Part shown: piece by piece, positions 1 through 9,572 of the stretch
Layout of the letters: each line of letters starts with the position of its first letter
Numbering within the stretch: position 1 is the stretch's first letter
DNA from: Candidatus Acidiferrales bacterium
GTDB taxonomy: Bacteria > Acidobacteriota > Terriglobia > Acidiferrales > UBA7541
NCBI GenBank assembly: GCA_036513735.1
Contig: DATBYL010000308.1
Span: 1 to 33,175 of the forward strand
Direction: 5' to 3'
Length of the DNA stretch: 33,175 bases
Position numbers and translations under genes: made by a program
Notes under the pieces: model-generated
What the model was told of the DNA's origin: nothing
What the model saw: only the letters and a program-made list of their open reading frames with translations
Databases searched by the model: none

Positions 1-1800
1 CTGCGCAAGCGTTTCTAACTCCGTTTCGTAGCGCCGCACGGTGGCCGTCAGCGAATTGAAATCGAATGGAAGCAAATCCGCGTCGGCCATGCGCATCACC
101 GCAGTGCCGATGGTTTGTGACATTGCTTTGCCGTATTCAAATTTCACGTCGTCGAAATGCGTGAACCAATAAAAATCATCGTAGATCGAATGATAGACAC
201 CGGCGCTGCTATCTTCTCCGCCGTAGCGCATGTCCATGCTGGCGATGCCCAGAAAATCCAGAAACACGGTGTAGTCGGAGCCGGAACCGAGCGCACCGAG
301 TTGAAATCCTTGCCCGCCGCCACCGCGTCCCGCCGGCGCAGTGGCTGCATCGCCACGACCGCCGCGTCCGCCCGCAGCGCCTGCGCCCGAACGTCGCAAT
401 TGATCGCGTTGCAAAACAGAAATATTTTTTTCTGGGTCGACGATGCTGCGCGCAACATCATTCACAAACGGTTCCAGCGAATGCGATCCGGAAACATTCA
501 GGTAGCCACGGCTGTTGTTATCCGAATTAATGTAAACGACTGCGTGCTTCTTTAATTCGTCCGCATGAGTTTCCGCCCACTCCGTTGAACCCAGCAAACC
601 GGGCTCCTCGCCGTCCCACGCGCAATAAATAATAGTGCGCTTCGGCTTCCATCCCTGCTTCACAAGGTCACCCATCGCGCGCGCTTCTTCCAGCATTGCC
701 ACCTGACCAGAAATCGGATCGTCGGCGCCATTCACCCATGCGTCGTGATGATTTCCGCGAATCACCCACTCGTCTGCTTCGGACGAGCCGTGAAGCTTCG
801 CGATCACGTCGTAAATCGTGGCCATGTCCCAATTCGATTTCACTTTCAGATGAACTTTCGCAGGGCCGGGGCCGATACGATATGTAAGTTGCAACGCGCC
901 GCGCCACGCCGCAGGCGCAACGGGACCGCGCAACGCTTCGAGCAGCGGCTGCGCGTCAGCATAAGAAATTGGAAGCACAGGAATTTTCGTGAGCGTCGGC
1001 GCATCCTTAATAGCAAGACGTTTTGCATCCGGAGTTGCGCCAACTCCGGGCGTTAGCGGATCGCCGGGAAATAACGGCATATCCGCAACGCTGCCGCGCT
1101 GCACACCATCCTTCGGACGATACGGTCCTTCGGGAAAAACTGCGCCTTCGTAATATCCATCGTCGCGCGGATCGGAATATATTATGCAGCCGACCGCGCC
1201 ATGTTCGTGCGCAACCTTCGGCTTAATTCCGCGCCAGGTCTGGCCGTAACGCGCAATCACAATCGCGCCGTTCACCGAAATTCCGCGGCGATCGAGTTCT
1301 TCGTAGTCAGCGGGCGCGCCGTAATTTACGTAAACAAGGGGCGCGGTAACATCACCGTCAATCGAATACGCGTTGTAGCTGGGCAATTGTTCCGATTGCT
1401 GATTCGATGTGGGATCGCCGGCAACGGGCGGCTCTTGCAATTTGGCCACAAATTTTGTCGGCTCGACAAGTTCTACCGCGCGCTCTTTCGGCGTTGGAAA
1501 AAGTACGCTGAAAGTTTCGATGTTCGCGTCCCAGCCGTAACTCTTGAATTGCGCAAGCAACCACTCGGCGTTGTCCTTGTCGTAAGGCGAGCCGACGTGA
1601 TGAGGGCGCGCCGTCAGGCGCTGCATCGCATCGCGCATTTTGTCGCCTGAAGGCATGGCGCGAAATTTTTGTTCCCATTGGACTTCTGAGCGCGCATCGT
1701 CGGGCGCAAAACCGTCCATCGCCACTGGCCGCTCCTGCGTAAGCGCCGGAAGCGAAATAAGAGCCGCGCACAATACCGCGAGAACAAAAAAGCGCTTCAT
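1..1800 (-). CDS. Secreted M28-family metallopeptidase, glutamate carboxypeptidase II / NAALADase-like. The C-terminus runs off the window.
   Basis: This gene is not in the ORF track because it is open to the window edge. My translation of the minus strand from the ATG at 1800-1798 gives MKRFFVLAVLCAALISLPALTQ (signal peptide). It continues through RGNHHDAWVNGADDPISG, IIYCAWDGEEPGLLGSTEWAETH, VVYINSDN and LGSGSDYTVF. These match the Zn-ligand and PA/M28 motifs of GCPII-type peptidases. The frame stays open through position 1. Confidence 0.85.
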   Translation of the reverse strand, partial: MKRFFVLAVLCAALISLPALTQERPVAMDGFAPDDARSEVQWEQKFRAMPSGDKMRDAMQRLTARPHHVGSPYDKDNAEWLLAQFKSYGWDANIETFSVLFPTPKERAVELVEPTKFVAKLQEPPVAGDPTSNQQSEQLPSYNAYSIDGDVTAPLVYVNYGAPADYEELDRRGISVNGAIVIARYGQTWRGIKPKVAHEHGAVGCIIYSDPRDDGYYEGAVFPEGPYRPKDGVQRGSVADMPLFPGDPLTPGVGATPDAKRLAIKDAPTLTKIPVLPISYADAQPLLEALRGPVAPAAWRGALQLTYRIGPGPAKVHLKVKSNWDMATIYDVIAKLHGSSEADEWVIRGNHHDAWVNGADDPISGQVAMLEEARAMGDLVKQGWKPKRTIIYCAWDGEEPGLLGSTEWAETHADELKKHAVVYINSDNNSRGYLNVSGSHSLEPFVNDVARSIVDPEKNISVLQRDQLRRSGAGAAGGRGGRGDAATAPAGRGGGGQGFQLGALGSGSDYTVFLDFLGIASMDMRYGGEDSSAGVYHSIYDDFYWFTHFDDVKFEYGKAMSQTIGTAVMRMADADLLPFDFNSLTATVRRYETELETLAQ

Positions 1801-1998
1801 GAAACCCTCCCCTAAATGCGAGCGCCGATTATAACGGCAGTCGAGCGCGATTTAGGCAAACTATTTTTTGGCGAGGCTGAATATTTTTGAGGAGCTCGTT
1901 TTGCGGCGGACGATTCACTTTTTTCGCTGTGCGCGTCTCTGTTAGCATGGTATGGAGCACGGCGCACGCCGCCGAAACGCGCGTTCGGAGAATGAAGA

Positions 1999-3087
1999 AT
2001 GTTCAAGTGCCGAATTATGGTGATGGCTGCGATCACCGGAACGCTGCTGCTCGCGGGAATTCTCGCCGCGCAGACGCCTTCACCCGGCGGCACGTGGCAA
2101 TTTACCGTCTCAGGTGATTCGCGAAATTGTGGCGACGTCGTGATGCCCGCAATTGCGGCGGACGTCGTGAAGCATCACCCTTCATTTTATTGGCATCTGG
2201 GCGATTTTCGCGCCACGTACACCTTCGACGAAGATATTCTGGCGCAGCCCGCGCACATGCTGCGGCCGCCGACAATCTACGAATACTTGCACAACGAGTG
2301 GCAAGACTTTCTCGATAATCAAATCGCCTCGTTTGGCGACCTGCCCGTCTTCCTTGGAATTGGAAATCACGAAGCCATCGCGCCGAAAACTCGCGAGGAA
2401 TTTATCGCGCAATTCGCGGATTGGCTGGACAGTCCGGTTCTCCGCGCGCAACGGCTGCGCGATAATCCGCGCGATCATCAATTGCATATTTATTATCACT
2501 GGCGCGAGCGCAACATCGATTTCATCAACATGGATAACGCCACCGATGACCAATTTGACGCCGCGCAGATGGAATGGTTTGAAGACGTTCTGGCGCGGGA
2601 CGTGGCCGATTCGGGTATCGCAACCGTTGTCGTGGGAATGCACGAGGCGCTGCCCGACAGTATTTCCGAAGATCACAGCATGAGCCAATCGCCGACCGGC
2701 GTGGAAAGCGGGCGGCGCGTTTACCAGGAATTGTTGCGGGCGGAGAAAAGCGGCCACAAGCGCGTCTACATTCTGGCCAGCCATTCGCATTTTTACATGG
2801 CGAATATTTTCAACACGGAATACGTTCACCAGCATGGAGGCGTTTTGCCCGGATGGATTATCGGAACCGCCGGCGCGTTTCGATATCCTCTGCCGCCGAA
2901 CTCGAGCGCCGCAACCGCCGCGCAAACCAACGTGTACGGATATCTTTTGGCGAATGTAAAAGCCGACGGCTCGATTGATTTTCAATTTCAGAAATTGGAA
3001 GAAGATAGCGTGCCCGCCGCCGTCGTAAGGCGCTACGAGCCGAAATTCATTCACTGGTGCTGGACGCAGAATACCGACGCGAGATAA
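1999..3087 (+). CDS. Secreted calcineurin-like metallophosphoesterase
   Basis: 362-aa ORF with an N-terminal hydrophobic signal (AAITGTLLLAGILAAQ). It has phosphoesterase motifs GDSRNCGD, HLGDF, GIGNHE, GMHE and SHSH. A GGAG lies 9 nt upstream of the ATG. Confidence 0.8.
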   Translation: MFKCRIMVMAAITGTLLLAGILAAQTPSPGGTWQFTVSGDSRNCGDVVMPAIAADVVKHHPSFYWHLGDFRATYTFDEDILAQPAHMLRPPTIYEYLHNEWQDFLDNQIASFGDLPVFLGIGNHEAIAPKTREEFIAQFADWLDSPVLRAQRLRDNPRDHQLHIYYHWRERNIDFINMDNATDDQFDAAQMEWFEDVLARDVADSGIATVVVGMHEALPDSISEDHSMSQSPTGVESGRRVYQELLRAEKSGHKRVYILASHSHFYMANIFNTEYVHQHGGVLPGWIIGTAGAFRYPLPPNSSAATAAQTNVYGYLLANVKADGSIDFQFQKLEEDSVPAAVVRRYEPKFIHWCWTQNTDAR

Positions 3088-3102
3088 TCGCGGAGCAAAT
3101 CT

Positions 3103-3570
3103 ATGGAAGAAAAATTCATGCAACGCGCAATCGAGCTGGCTCTGGAGAATGTCCGGAACGGGCGCGGCGGCCCGTTTGGCGCAGTGATTGTTAAAGATGG
3201 CGCGGTAATTTCAGAGGGCACGAATCGCGTTACGTCCACAAACGATCCGACGGCGCACGCGGAAATTATTGCGATTCGCGAAGCCTGCCAAAAGCTCGGA
3301 ACATTTCAGCTCGATGGCTGCGAACTTTACACCAGCTGCGAACCATGCCCAATGTGCCTTGGCGCAATTTATTGGGCGCGCCCGGCAGGAGTAATTTACG
3401 GCGCATCAGCCGCCGACGCAGCCGCCGCGCAATTCGACGACGCCTTTATTTTCCGCGAAATCGCGCAGCCCACGCGCCTGCGAAAAATCCCCATGTCACA
3501 GGTAATGCGCGATGAAGCGCTGGTTGCTTTCCGCGCCTGGCTGGATAAGAGCGACCGGATCCGATACTAA
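3103..3570 (+). CDS. guaD: Guanine deaminase, a small CDA-fold nucleoside deaminase (GuaD type)
   Basis: 155 aa. The motifs GGPFGAVIVKDG, DPTAHAE and YTSCEPCPMCLGAIYWAR are collinear with Bacillus subtilis GuaD over nearly the whole length (from memory of that sequence). A GGAG lies 8 nt upstream of the ATG. Confidence 0.8.
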   Translation: MEEKFMQRAIELALENVRNGRGGPFGAVIVKDGAVISEGTNRVTSTNDPTAHAEIIAIREACQKLGTFQLDGCELYTSCEPCPMCLGAIYWARPAGVIYGASAADAAAAQFDDAFIFREIAQPTRLRKIPMSQVMRDEALVAFRAWLDKSDRIRY

Positions 3571-3597
3571 GATGTTTCGGTAGAATCGCGCGTCGAA

Positions 3598-4617
3598 CTA
3601 CTTCTCCGCCACAATTATCTGCTCCCCAACCGGCGGCACATGCAACTCGCTCGACTTAAATCCCGCGTTCGCAAACATTTTTTGATACTGCGAAAATGTG
3701 TACGCGTCTCCCGCAACCGTATTGGCCAGCATCACCAAACTGAATCGCGCGGACATGGGCGGGCTGATTCGATCCTCATTCGGCACAAATTCCAGCGCCA
3801 CCGCGCGTCCACCGGGCGCGAGGGCGGCATGAACTTTGCGAAGAAGTTTTTCATTGGTCGGAACGTCAAAGTGATGCAGGAAGTTGGTCAGCAAAATTAC
3901 GTCGTAGCCGGTGCCGTAGTCGACATCAAACGCGCTGCCCGGCAAAGTGCGATAGCGATTCGCCACACCCGCGGCAGCCGCATTTTCTTTCGCAACTTCC
4001 AGAACCGCAGGCCAATCGAGCGCAACAATTTCCGCGTTGGGATTGTGGCGTGCCACCGTAACGCCGAATAATCCGTGGCCTGCCGCAATGTCCAGTACTT
4101 TCCATTTCTTTCCTTCCGCGGCGCCCATTGTTTTCGCAAGTATTTCCGCGGGCATCGCCATCATCGGTGCCATCGAGCGCGCAAATTCCACCCAGATGGG
4201 ATTTTCGGGCTTCGTCGATCCTTCTTTGTCAGCGACCGTTCCGTTTTTCACGGTCGTCGTAAGTTCCGCAATGTGCGCCACCGAATCAGGCGAAAGCAGA
4301 AATTTGTGAACGGAGCCCATATACGCCGGTGATTTGCGATTCAAGAATGCGGCCGCGTCCGGCGCTAAACCATATTTCCCGTCGGTCTTCGTAATCAATC
4401 CGCCGACGGCGACAAAATCGCACAGGATGCGGATGCCGCGCTCGGACGCGCTGCATCGGCGCGCAATTGACGCGACATCGTGATTACCTTCCGCGATTGC
4501 GGTGAAAACGTCCAACTCGATTGCAGCTTTCAACGTTGCGGATTGTTGATAGCCATTCAGAATTTCAAAAACGCGCTCAGGCGTTGGTTGCCCAGAAACT
4601 GGTTGTGCGGATGACAT
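3598..4617 (-). CDS. SAM-dependent O-methyltransferase, family 2-like (N-terminal dimerisation/winged-helix part plus Rossmann fold)
   Basis: The track ORF is 3598-4659. I prefer the internal ATG at 4617 (MSSAQPVSG...) because GGAGGAAATCACATG gives a strong SD. SAM motif I is VLDIAAGHGLFG, and the N-terminus LNGYQQSATLKAAIELDVFTAI is typical of O-MT family 2. Confidence 0.75.
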   Translation of the reverse strand: MSSAQPVSGQPTPERVFEILNGYQQSATLKAAIELDVFTAIAEGNHDVASIARRCSASERGIRILCDFVAVGGLITKTDGKYGLAPDAAAFLNRKSPAYMGSVHKFLLSPDSVAHIAELTTTVKNGTVADKEGSTKPENPIWVEFARSMAPMMAMPAEILAKTMGAAEGKKWKVLDIAAGHGLFGVTVARHNPNAEIVALDWPAVLEVAKENAAAAGVANRYRTLPGSAFDVDYGTGYDVILLTNFLHHFDVPTNEKLLRKVHAALAPGGRAVALEFVPNEDRISPPMSARFSLVMLANTVAGDAYTFSQYQKMFANAGFKSSELHVPPVGEQIIVAEK

Positions 4618-4638
4618 GTGATTTCCTCCGAGCGCAAA

Positions 4639-4662
4639 TTCTCGCACATCTTCTCGCACATC
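4639..4662. repeat. Perfect tandem duplication of the 12-mer TTCTCGCACATC in the O-methyltransferase leader
   Basis: Read directly from the sequence: ttctcgcacatc at 4639-4650 and ttctcgcacatc at 4651-4662. The pair sits immediately upstream of the SD of the minus-strand gene. Confidence 0.9.
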
Positions 4663-4769
4663 GCGAATTCCTTTGCCAGTGCAAAGGGTGCATCACAATG
4701 CTTGCGAACAGACGCCACACGGTACATAATCGCGCCCATAGACATTGTGTTTTTTTTCGAGGAGGCGCT

Positions 4770-5918
4770 ATGAAGAAGAATGGACTGAATCGCAGACAAT
4801 TCGCGCAGAGCGTAGGCGCGGTGCTTGGCGGAGCGATGGTGATGCCGTCGTTCACGGAAACACTCGCCGCGCGTCCGCAGCATGCGCCGCGCTCAACCGA
4901 TGGCGCAATTCAAATTGACTCCAACGAAAATCCTTACGGCCCGTCGCCGCGCGCTCGCGAAGCCATCACCAACTCGGAAACAATCGCGTGCCGCTATCCG
5001 GACGTGACGGAAAGCCGCATGCTCGCAGCCATCGCGAAATATCACAACGTGCCGACGACGCAAGTAGCGCTCGGCTGCGGCTCCACGGAAATTCTTCGCA
5101 TGGCGGACACGGCATTTCTCGGGCCGGATAAAAATGTCGTCGCCGCCGCGCCAACTTACGAAGCGGTTCTGAGCTTTGCCAAAGTAATGCGCGCCAACGC
5201 CATCAGCGTTCCGCAAACAAAAGATCATCTTCACGATTTGGATGCGATGGCCACAAAAACGACCAGCGCAACTGGCCTCGTCTACATCTGCAACCCGAAT
5301 AATCCCACGGGCACGATCGTCTCGAAAGTTGCCATCGGAAAATTTATGGATCGCGTGCCGCAAAGTGCGATGGTCCTTGTCGACGAAGCCTATTGCCATT
5401 TCGCGGACGATCCGGCGTACGGCAGCGTGATCGAGTGGGTCGGAAAATATCCGAACCTGATTGTGGCGCGGACATTTTCAAAAATTTACGGAATGGCCGG
5501 CATGCGCCTGGGCTATGCAATCGCCACGCCGCAAACGATCAACGCCATGCGTGCCAGCAAACTTTGGAGCAGCACCAACGCCGCGGTGATGACGGCTGCG
5601 ATGGTGAGCCTCTCCGATCCAGATCACGTCGCCGACCAACAACGGAAAATCAATGGCACGCGCAAATGGCTTTGCACGGAACTCGAAAAGGACGGCCGCA
5701 CCTACATTCCTTCCCAAACGAACTTCGTCATGATCCACGTTGGGCGCGACGTTTCGCCGATCATCAAATCCTTCTCGGATCGAAACATTCTTGTCGGCCG
5801 GAAATTTACTTCCATGGAAGACTGGCTGCGCGTTTCGATGGGTACGCCCGAAGAGATGCAAAAGTTTGTGGCGGCGCTGCGGGAGATCGTTCCAGCGAAT
5901 GGCACGAAAGCTTCCTAA
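4770..5918 (+). CDS. Class I/II PLP-dependent aminotransferase (HisC/histidinol-phosphate aminotransferase-like) with a twin-arginine signal peptide
   Basis: The track ORF starts at 4521. I prefer the ATG at 4770, which is preceded by GAGGAGGCGCT. The N-terminus is MKKNGLNRRQFAQSVGAVLGGAMVMPSFTETLAA|RP, a Tat motif RRxFA followed by a hydrophobic region and an AxA-like site. The PLP-lysine motif is ARTFSKIYGMAGMRLGY, and ICNPNNPTG is also present. Confidence 0.8.
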   Translation: MKKNGLNRRQFAQSVGAVLGGAMVMPSFTETLAARPQHAPRSTDGAIQIDSNENPYGPSPRAREAITNSETIACRYPDVTESRMLAAIAKYHNVPTTQVALGCGSTEILRMADTAFLGPDKNVVAAAPTYEAVLSFAKVMRANAISVPQTKDHLHDLDAMATKTTSATGLVYICNPNNPTGTIVSKVAIGKFMDRVPQSAMVLVDEAYCHFADDPAYGSVIEWVGKYPNLIVARTFSKIYGMAGMRLGYAIATPQTINAMRASKLWSSTNAAVMTAAMVSLSDPDHVADQQRKINGTRKWLCTELEKDGRTYIPSQTNFVMIHVGRDVSPIIKSFSDRNILVGRKFTSMEDWLRVSMGTPEEMQKFVAALREIVPANGTKAS

Positions 5919-5946
5919 GTAAAATTCGATTCAGCGGAAAAAACTT

Positions 5947-5987
5947 CGGCCCTTCGATCATTCAAGATCGAAGGGCCGTTTGTTGTT
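5947..5987. terminator. Rho-independent terminator, plausibly bidirectional
   Basis: The stem is a 13-bp perfect match, CGGCCCTTCGATC (5947-5959) with GATCGAAGGGCCG (5966-5978), and the loop is 6 nt. It is followed by TTTGTTGTT on the plus strand and by AAGTTTTTT on the minus strand. It lies between convergent genes. Confidence 0.8.
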
Positions 5988-6102
5988 AATGCAGTTGTCT
6001 ATCGTTAATAGAGATGCGTTGTCCGGATCAACTTGCCCCTAGTGACCTGGCCGAAACGTCCCCCGTCGAATTCGCCACTCCAGCGTTTCCCGCCAAACAA
6101 AA

Positions 6103-6402
6103 CTAGGCGGGTGAGCCCATCGCTCGCCGCGCTTGAAAACATTCGCGGCAATAAACCGGCCGGCCTTGCGTCGGCTTGAAGGGAACCGTGGTTTCCTTCC
6201 CGCATTGCGAGCAGGTGGTTTTTGTTTCGGCGCGCTGAAATCCGCCGGAACTTGCGCCCTCTGCCCTTCTCGACTTGCAGGCCTTACAACGCTTGGGCTC
6301 ATTCTTGAAGCCCTTGTCGGCGAAAAACATTTGCTCGCCGGCGGTGAAAACAAATTCCGCACCGCATTCCGAACACTTCAGAACCCTATCGTTGTATTCC
6401 AT
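6103..6402 (-). CDS. Small zinc-ribbon protein with two CxxC...CxxC modules
   Basis: The track ORF is 6103-6456. I prefer the ATG at 6402 (MEYNDRVLK...), which follows GGAGCCGCC. Cys pairs are CSEC...CKAC and CSQC-x17-CREC. The protein resembles the widespread zinc-ribbon / CxxC-x17-CxxC domain proteins. Confidence 0.7.
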   Translation of the reverse strand: MEYNDRVLKCSECGAEFVFTAGEQMFFADKGFKNEPKRCKACKSRRAEGASSGGFQRAETKTTCSQCGKETTVPFKPTQGRPVYCRECFQARRAMGSPA

Positions 6403-6550
6403 GGCGGCTCCGAACCTCGCGAGCATTGCGAGGTGGCAGCTTGATGGTCCGGGCAAGTCTGGGCTGGGTTACTCCACTTGTCCCAAGCTGCCCTCAAACC
6501 CCAAGGGTATTCGTTCAATCCGGAACTCCGGGAAGAACTAATCCAATATC

Positions 6551-6748
6551 TTAGTCCAACTCCCGGCGCTGCTTCTTGCGAAGCCGTTTGCGAGAGAGCG
6601 CCTGTTTTACCCGGCGTTTCTCTCCTGGCTTCATATAGAAGCTGTGCTTTTTTATTTCTTTGATGATGTCTTCCTGTTGCACTTTTCGCTTGAAACGCCG
6701 CAAAGCGTTTTCCAGCGATTCACCTTCTTGAATAATTACTTCTGCCAA
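6551..6748 (-). CDS. rpsU: 30S ribosomal protein S21
   Basis: 65 aa: MAEVIIQEGESLENALRRFKRKVQQEDIIKEIKKHSFYMKPGEKRRVK..., the canonical S21 sequence pattern. It has a TTG start preceded by GGGGGTGA. Confidence 0.93.
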   Translation of the reverse strand: MAEVIIQEGESLENALRRFKRKVQQEDIIKEIKKHSFYMKPGEKRRVKQALSRKRLRKKQRRELD

Positions 6749-6967
6749 GCAGTATCACCCCCAATTTCGGCAGACCCAATATCGTTAGGAATTAATCGGC
6801 TCGCACTTACAAGCGATTCCCCCTATTGTCCGCTTCTTCTAGCTCTGCCGCAACCCGAAGTCAAGGATTGTTTTTCTCAGCGCGGCTCAGCGGCAGTGCC
6901 CGCCCGCGTGGTCGCCCTCCGCGTGAAAATCACAGAACGAATTGAACATCGCGGAGTTGCTGTTAGA

Positions 6968-8218
6968 ATGGTCGCGATCATGTCTTCGATGCGCGAAGCG
7001 GTCGGGGTTTTGTTGGCGGGAGGTCAGGGCGAACGCCTGTGGCCGCTGACGCGCGATCGCGCGAAGCCCGCAGTTCCCTTCGGCGGAACTTATCGCATCA
7101 TCGACATAACGCTTTCTAACTGCGTAAACAGCGGCTTGCGGCGCGTTTTCGTTCTCACGCAATACAAAGCTCTCAGCCTCAATCGACATTTGCGCCGCGG
7201 CTGGTCTGGAATTATGGGCCTCGGCGATTACATCGAAATCCTGCCGCCGCAAATGCGGGTCTCAACTCACTGGTATCAAGGCACCGCTGACGCCGTGTAT
7301 CAAAATATTTATTCGATCGGCAGCGAGCGTTCCAGCTACGTGATCGTTCTCTCTGGCGATCACATTTACAAAATGAATTATGAAAAAATGTTGCAGCAGC
7401 ATGTGGACTCTGGCGCGCACGCGACCGTGGCATCGCTGGAAGTAAGTGTGGGAGACGCCGCTAACAAGTTCGGCGTGCTAGAGACGGATAAGGATTGGCG
7501 AGTGTTGCGCTTTGAAGAAAAGCCCGCAAATCCCGCGCGGTCACGTTTGAATCCCGATAAAGTAAACGCGTCGATGGGAATTTATATTTTCAACACCCAG
7601 TTGCTGATTCCCATTTTAATTGCCGACGCGGAAGATCCGAACTCTTCCCATGATTTCGGCCACGATATTCTGCCGAAAATTCTTGAGAAATATCGCGTGT
7701 TCGCTTACAACTTTGAAGACGAAAATAAACAGGGTCCGCAATACTGGCGCGATGTCGGCACGCTGGACGCGTATTACGAAGCGAATATGGATCTGGTTTC
7801 CGTCTCGCCGATTTTCAATTTGTATGACAAGGCGTGGCCGCTGCGCACATGGCAGCAACAATATCCGCCGGCAAAATTTGTTTTTAACGATCCCGACCGC
7901 ATGGGCGCTGCGATCGATTCAATTGTTGCGCCCGGGTGCGTGATCTCCGGAGGACGCGTTGTGAAGTCCGTGGTCGGCCTGGATGTGCGCGTGAATAGTT
8001 ACTGCGAAGTGGAAAATTCCATTCTCTACAATCACGTCAGCATCGGCCGCCACTCGAAAATTCGCAATGCAATTATTGACCGGCACGTCAGTCTGCCCGA
8101 GCACACCGAAATTGGTTACGACCTGGAAGCGGACAAGAAGCGTTTTCATGTGAGCGATGGCGGTGTCGTGGTTGTTGTGCGAGACGAATCCATGTTGGAA
8201 GAACCCGAATCCGAATAA
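6968..8218 (+). CDS. glgC: Glucose-1-phosphate adenylyltransferase
   Basis: The track ORF starts at 6644 and overlaps rpsU on the antisense strand. The conserved GlgC N-terminus VLLAGGQGERLWPLTRDRAKPAVPFGGTYRIIDITLSNCVNSG begins just after the ATGs at 6968, 6980 and 6989. QGTADAV and a C-terminal left-handed beta-helix region are present. The exact start is uncertain. Confidence 0.9.
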   Translation: MVAIMSSMREAVGVLLAGGQGERLWPLTRDRAKPAVPFGGTYRIIDITLSNCVNSGLRRVFVLTQYKALSLNRHLRRGWSGIMGLGDYIEILPPQMRVSTHWYQGTADAVYQNIYSIGSERSSYVIVLSGDHIYKMNYEKMLQQHVDSGAHATVASLEVSVGDAANKFGVLETDKDWRVLRFEEKPANPARSRLNPDKVNASMGIYIFNTQLLIPILIADAEDPNSSHDFGHDILPKILEKYRVFAYNFEDENKQGPQYWRDVGTLDAYYEANMDLVSVSPIFNLYDKAWPLRTWQQQYPPAKFVFNDPDRMGAAIDSIVAPGCVISGGRVVKSVVGLDVRVNSYCEVENSILYNHVSIGRHSKIRNAIIDRHVSLPEHTEIGYDLEADKKRFHVSDGGVVVVVRDESMLEEPESE

Positions 8219-9571
<1,353 letters not shown>

Positions 9572-9572
9572 A

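Noticed and set aside
1811-1856. Imperfect inverted repeat CCTAAAT...ATTTAGG in the M28 / phosphoesterase divergent region.
   Set aside because: Only 7 bp pair perfectly, and the inner part needs a bulge. It is a single copy with no supporting context. It is noted but too weak to call an operator.
2182-3123. 313-aa minus-strand ORF overlapping the metallophosphoesterase gene.
   Set aside because: - It is a shadow ORF antisense to a gene with clear family motifs.
- Its composition is Arg/Gly/Val-rich and it has no recognisable motifs.
- The same reasoning applies to 144-461, 1358-1771, 4893-5399, 5393-5989, 8549-9244, 13421-14203, 15441-15884, 20131-20679, 20773-21339 and the many 60-130-aa ORFs nested in real genes.
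4521-4769. Long N-terminal extensions suggested by the ORF track (4521 for the aminotransferase, 6644 for glgC, 12764 for the M20 peptidase, 27348 for DUF3224, 19867 for paralog 1).
   Set aside because: - The extensions overlap neighbouring genes or intergenic repeats and have junk-like composition.
- Internal starts have SD sequences.
- Those starts yield proper signal peptides or family-typical N-termini.
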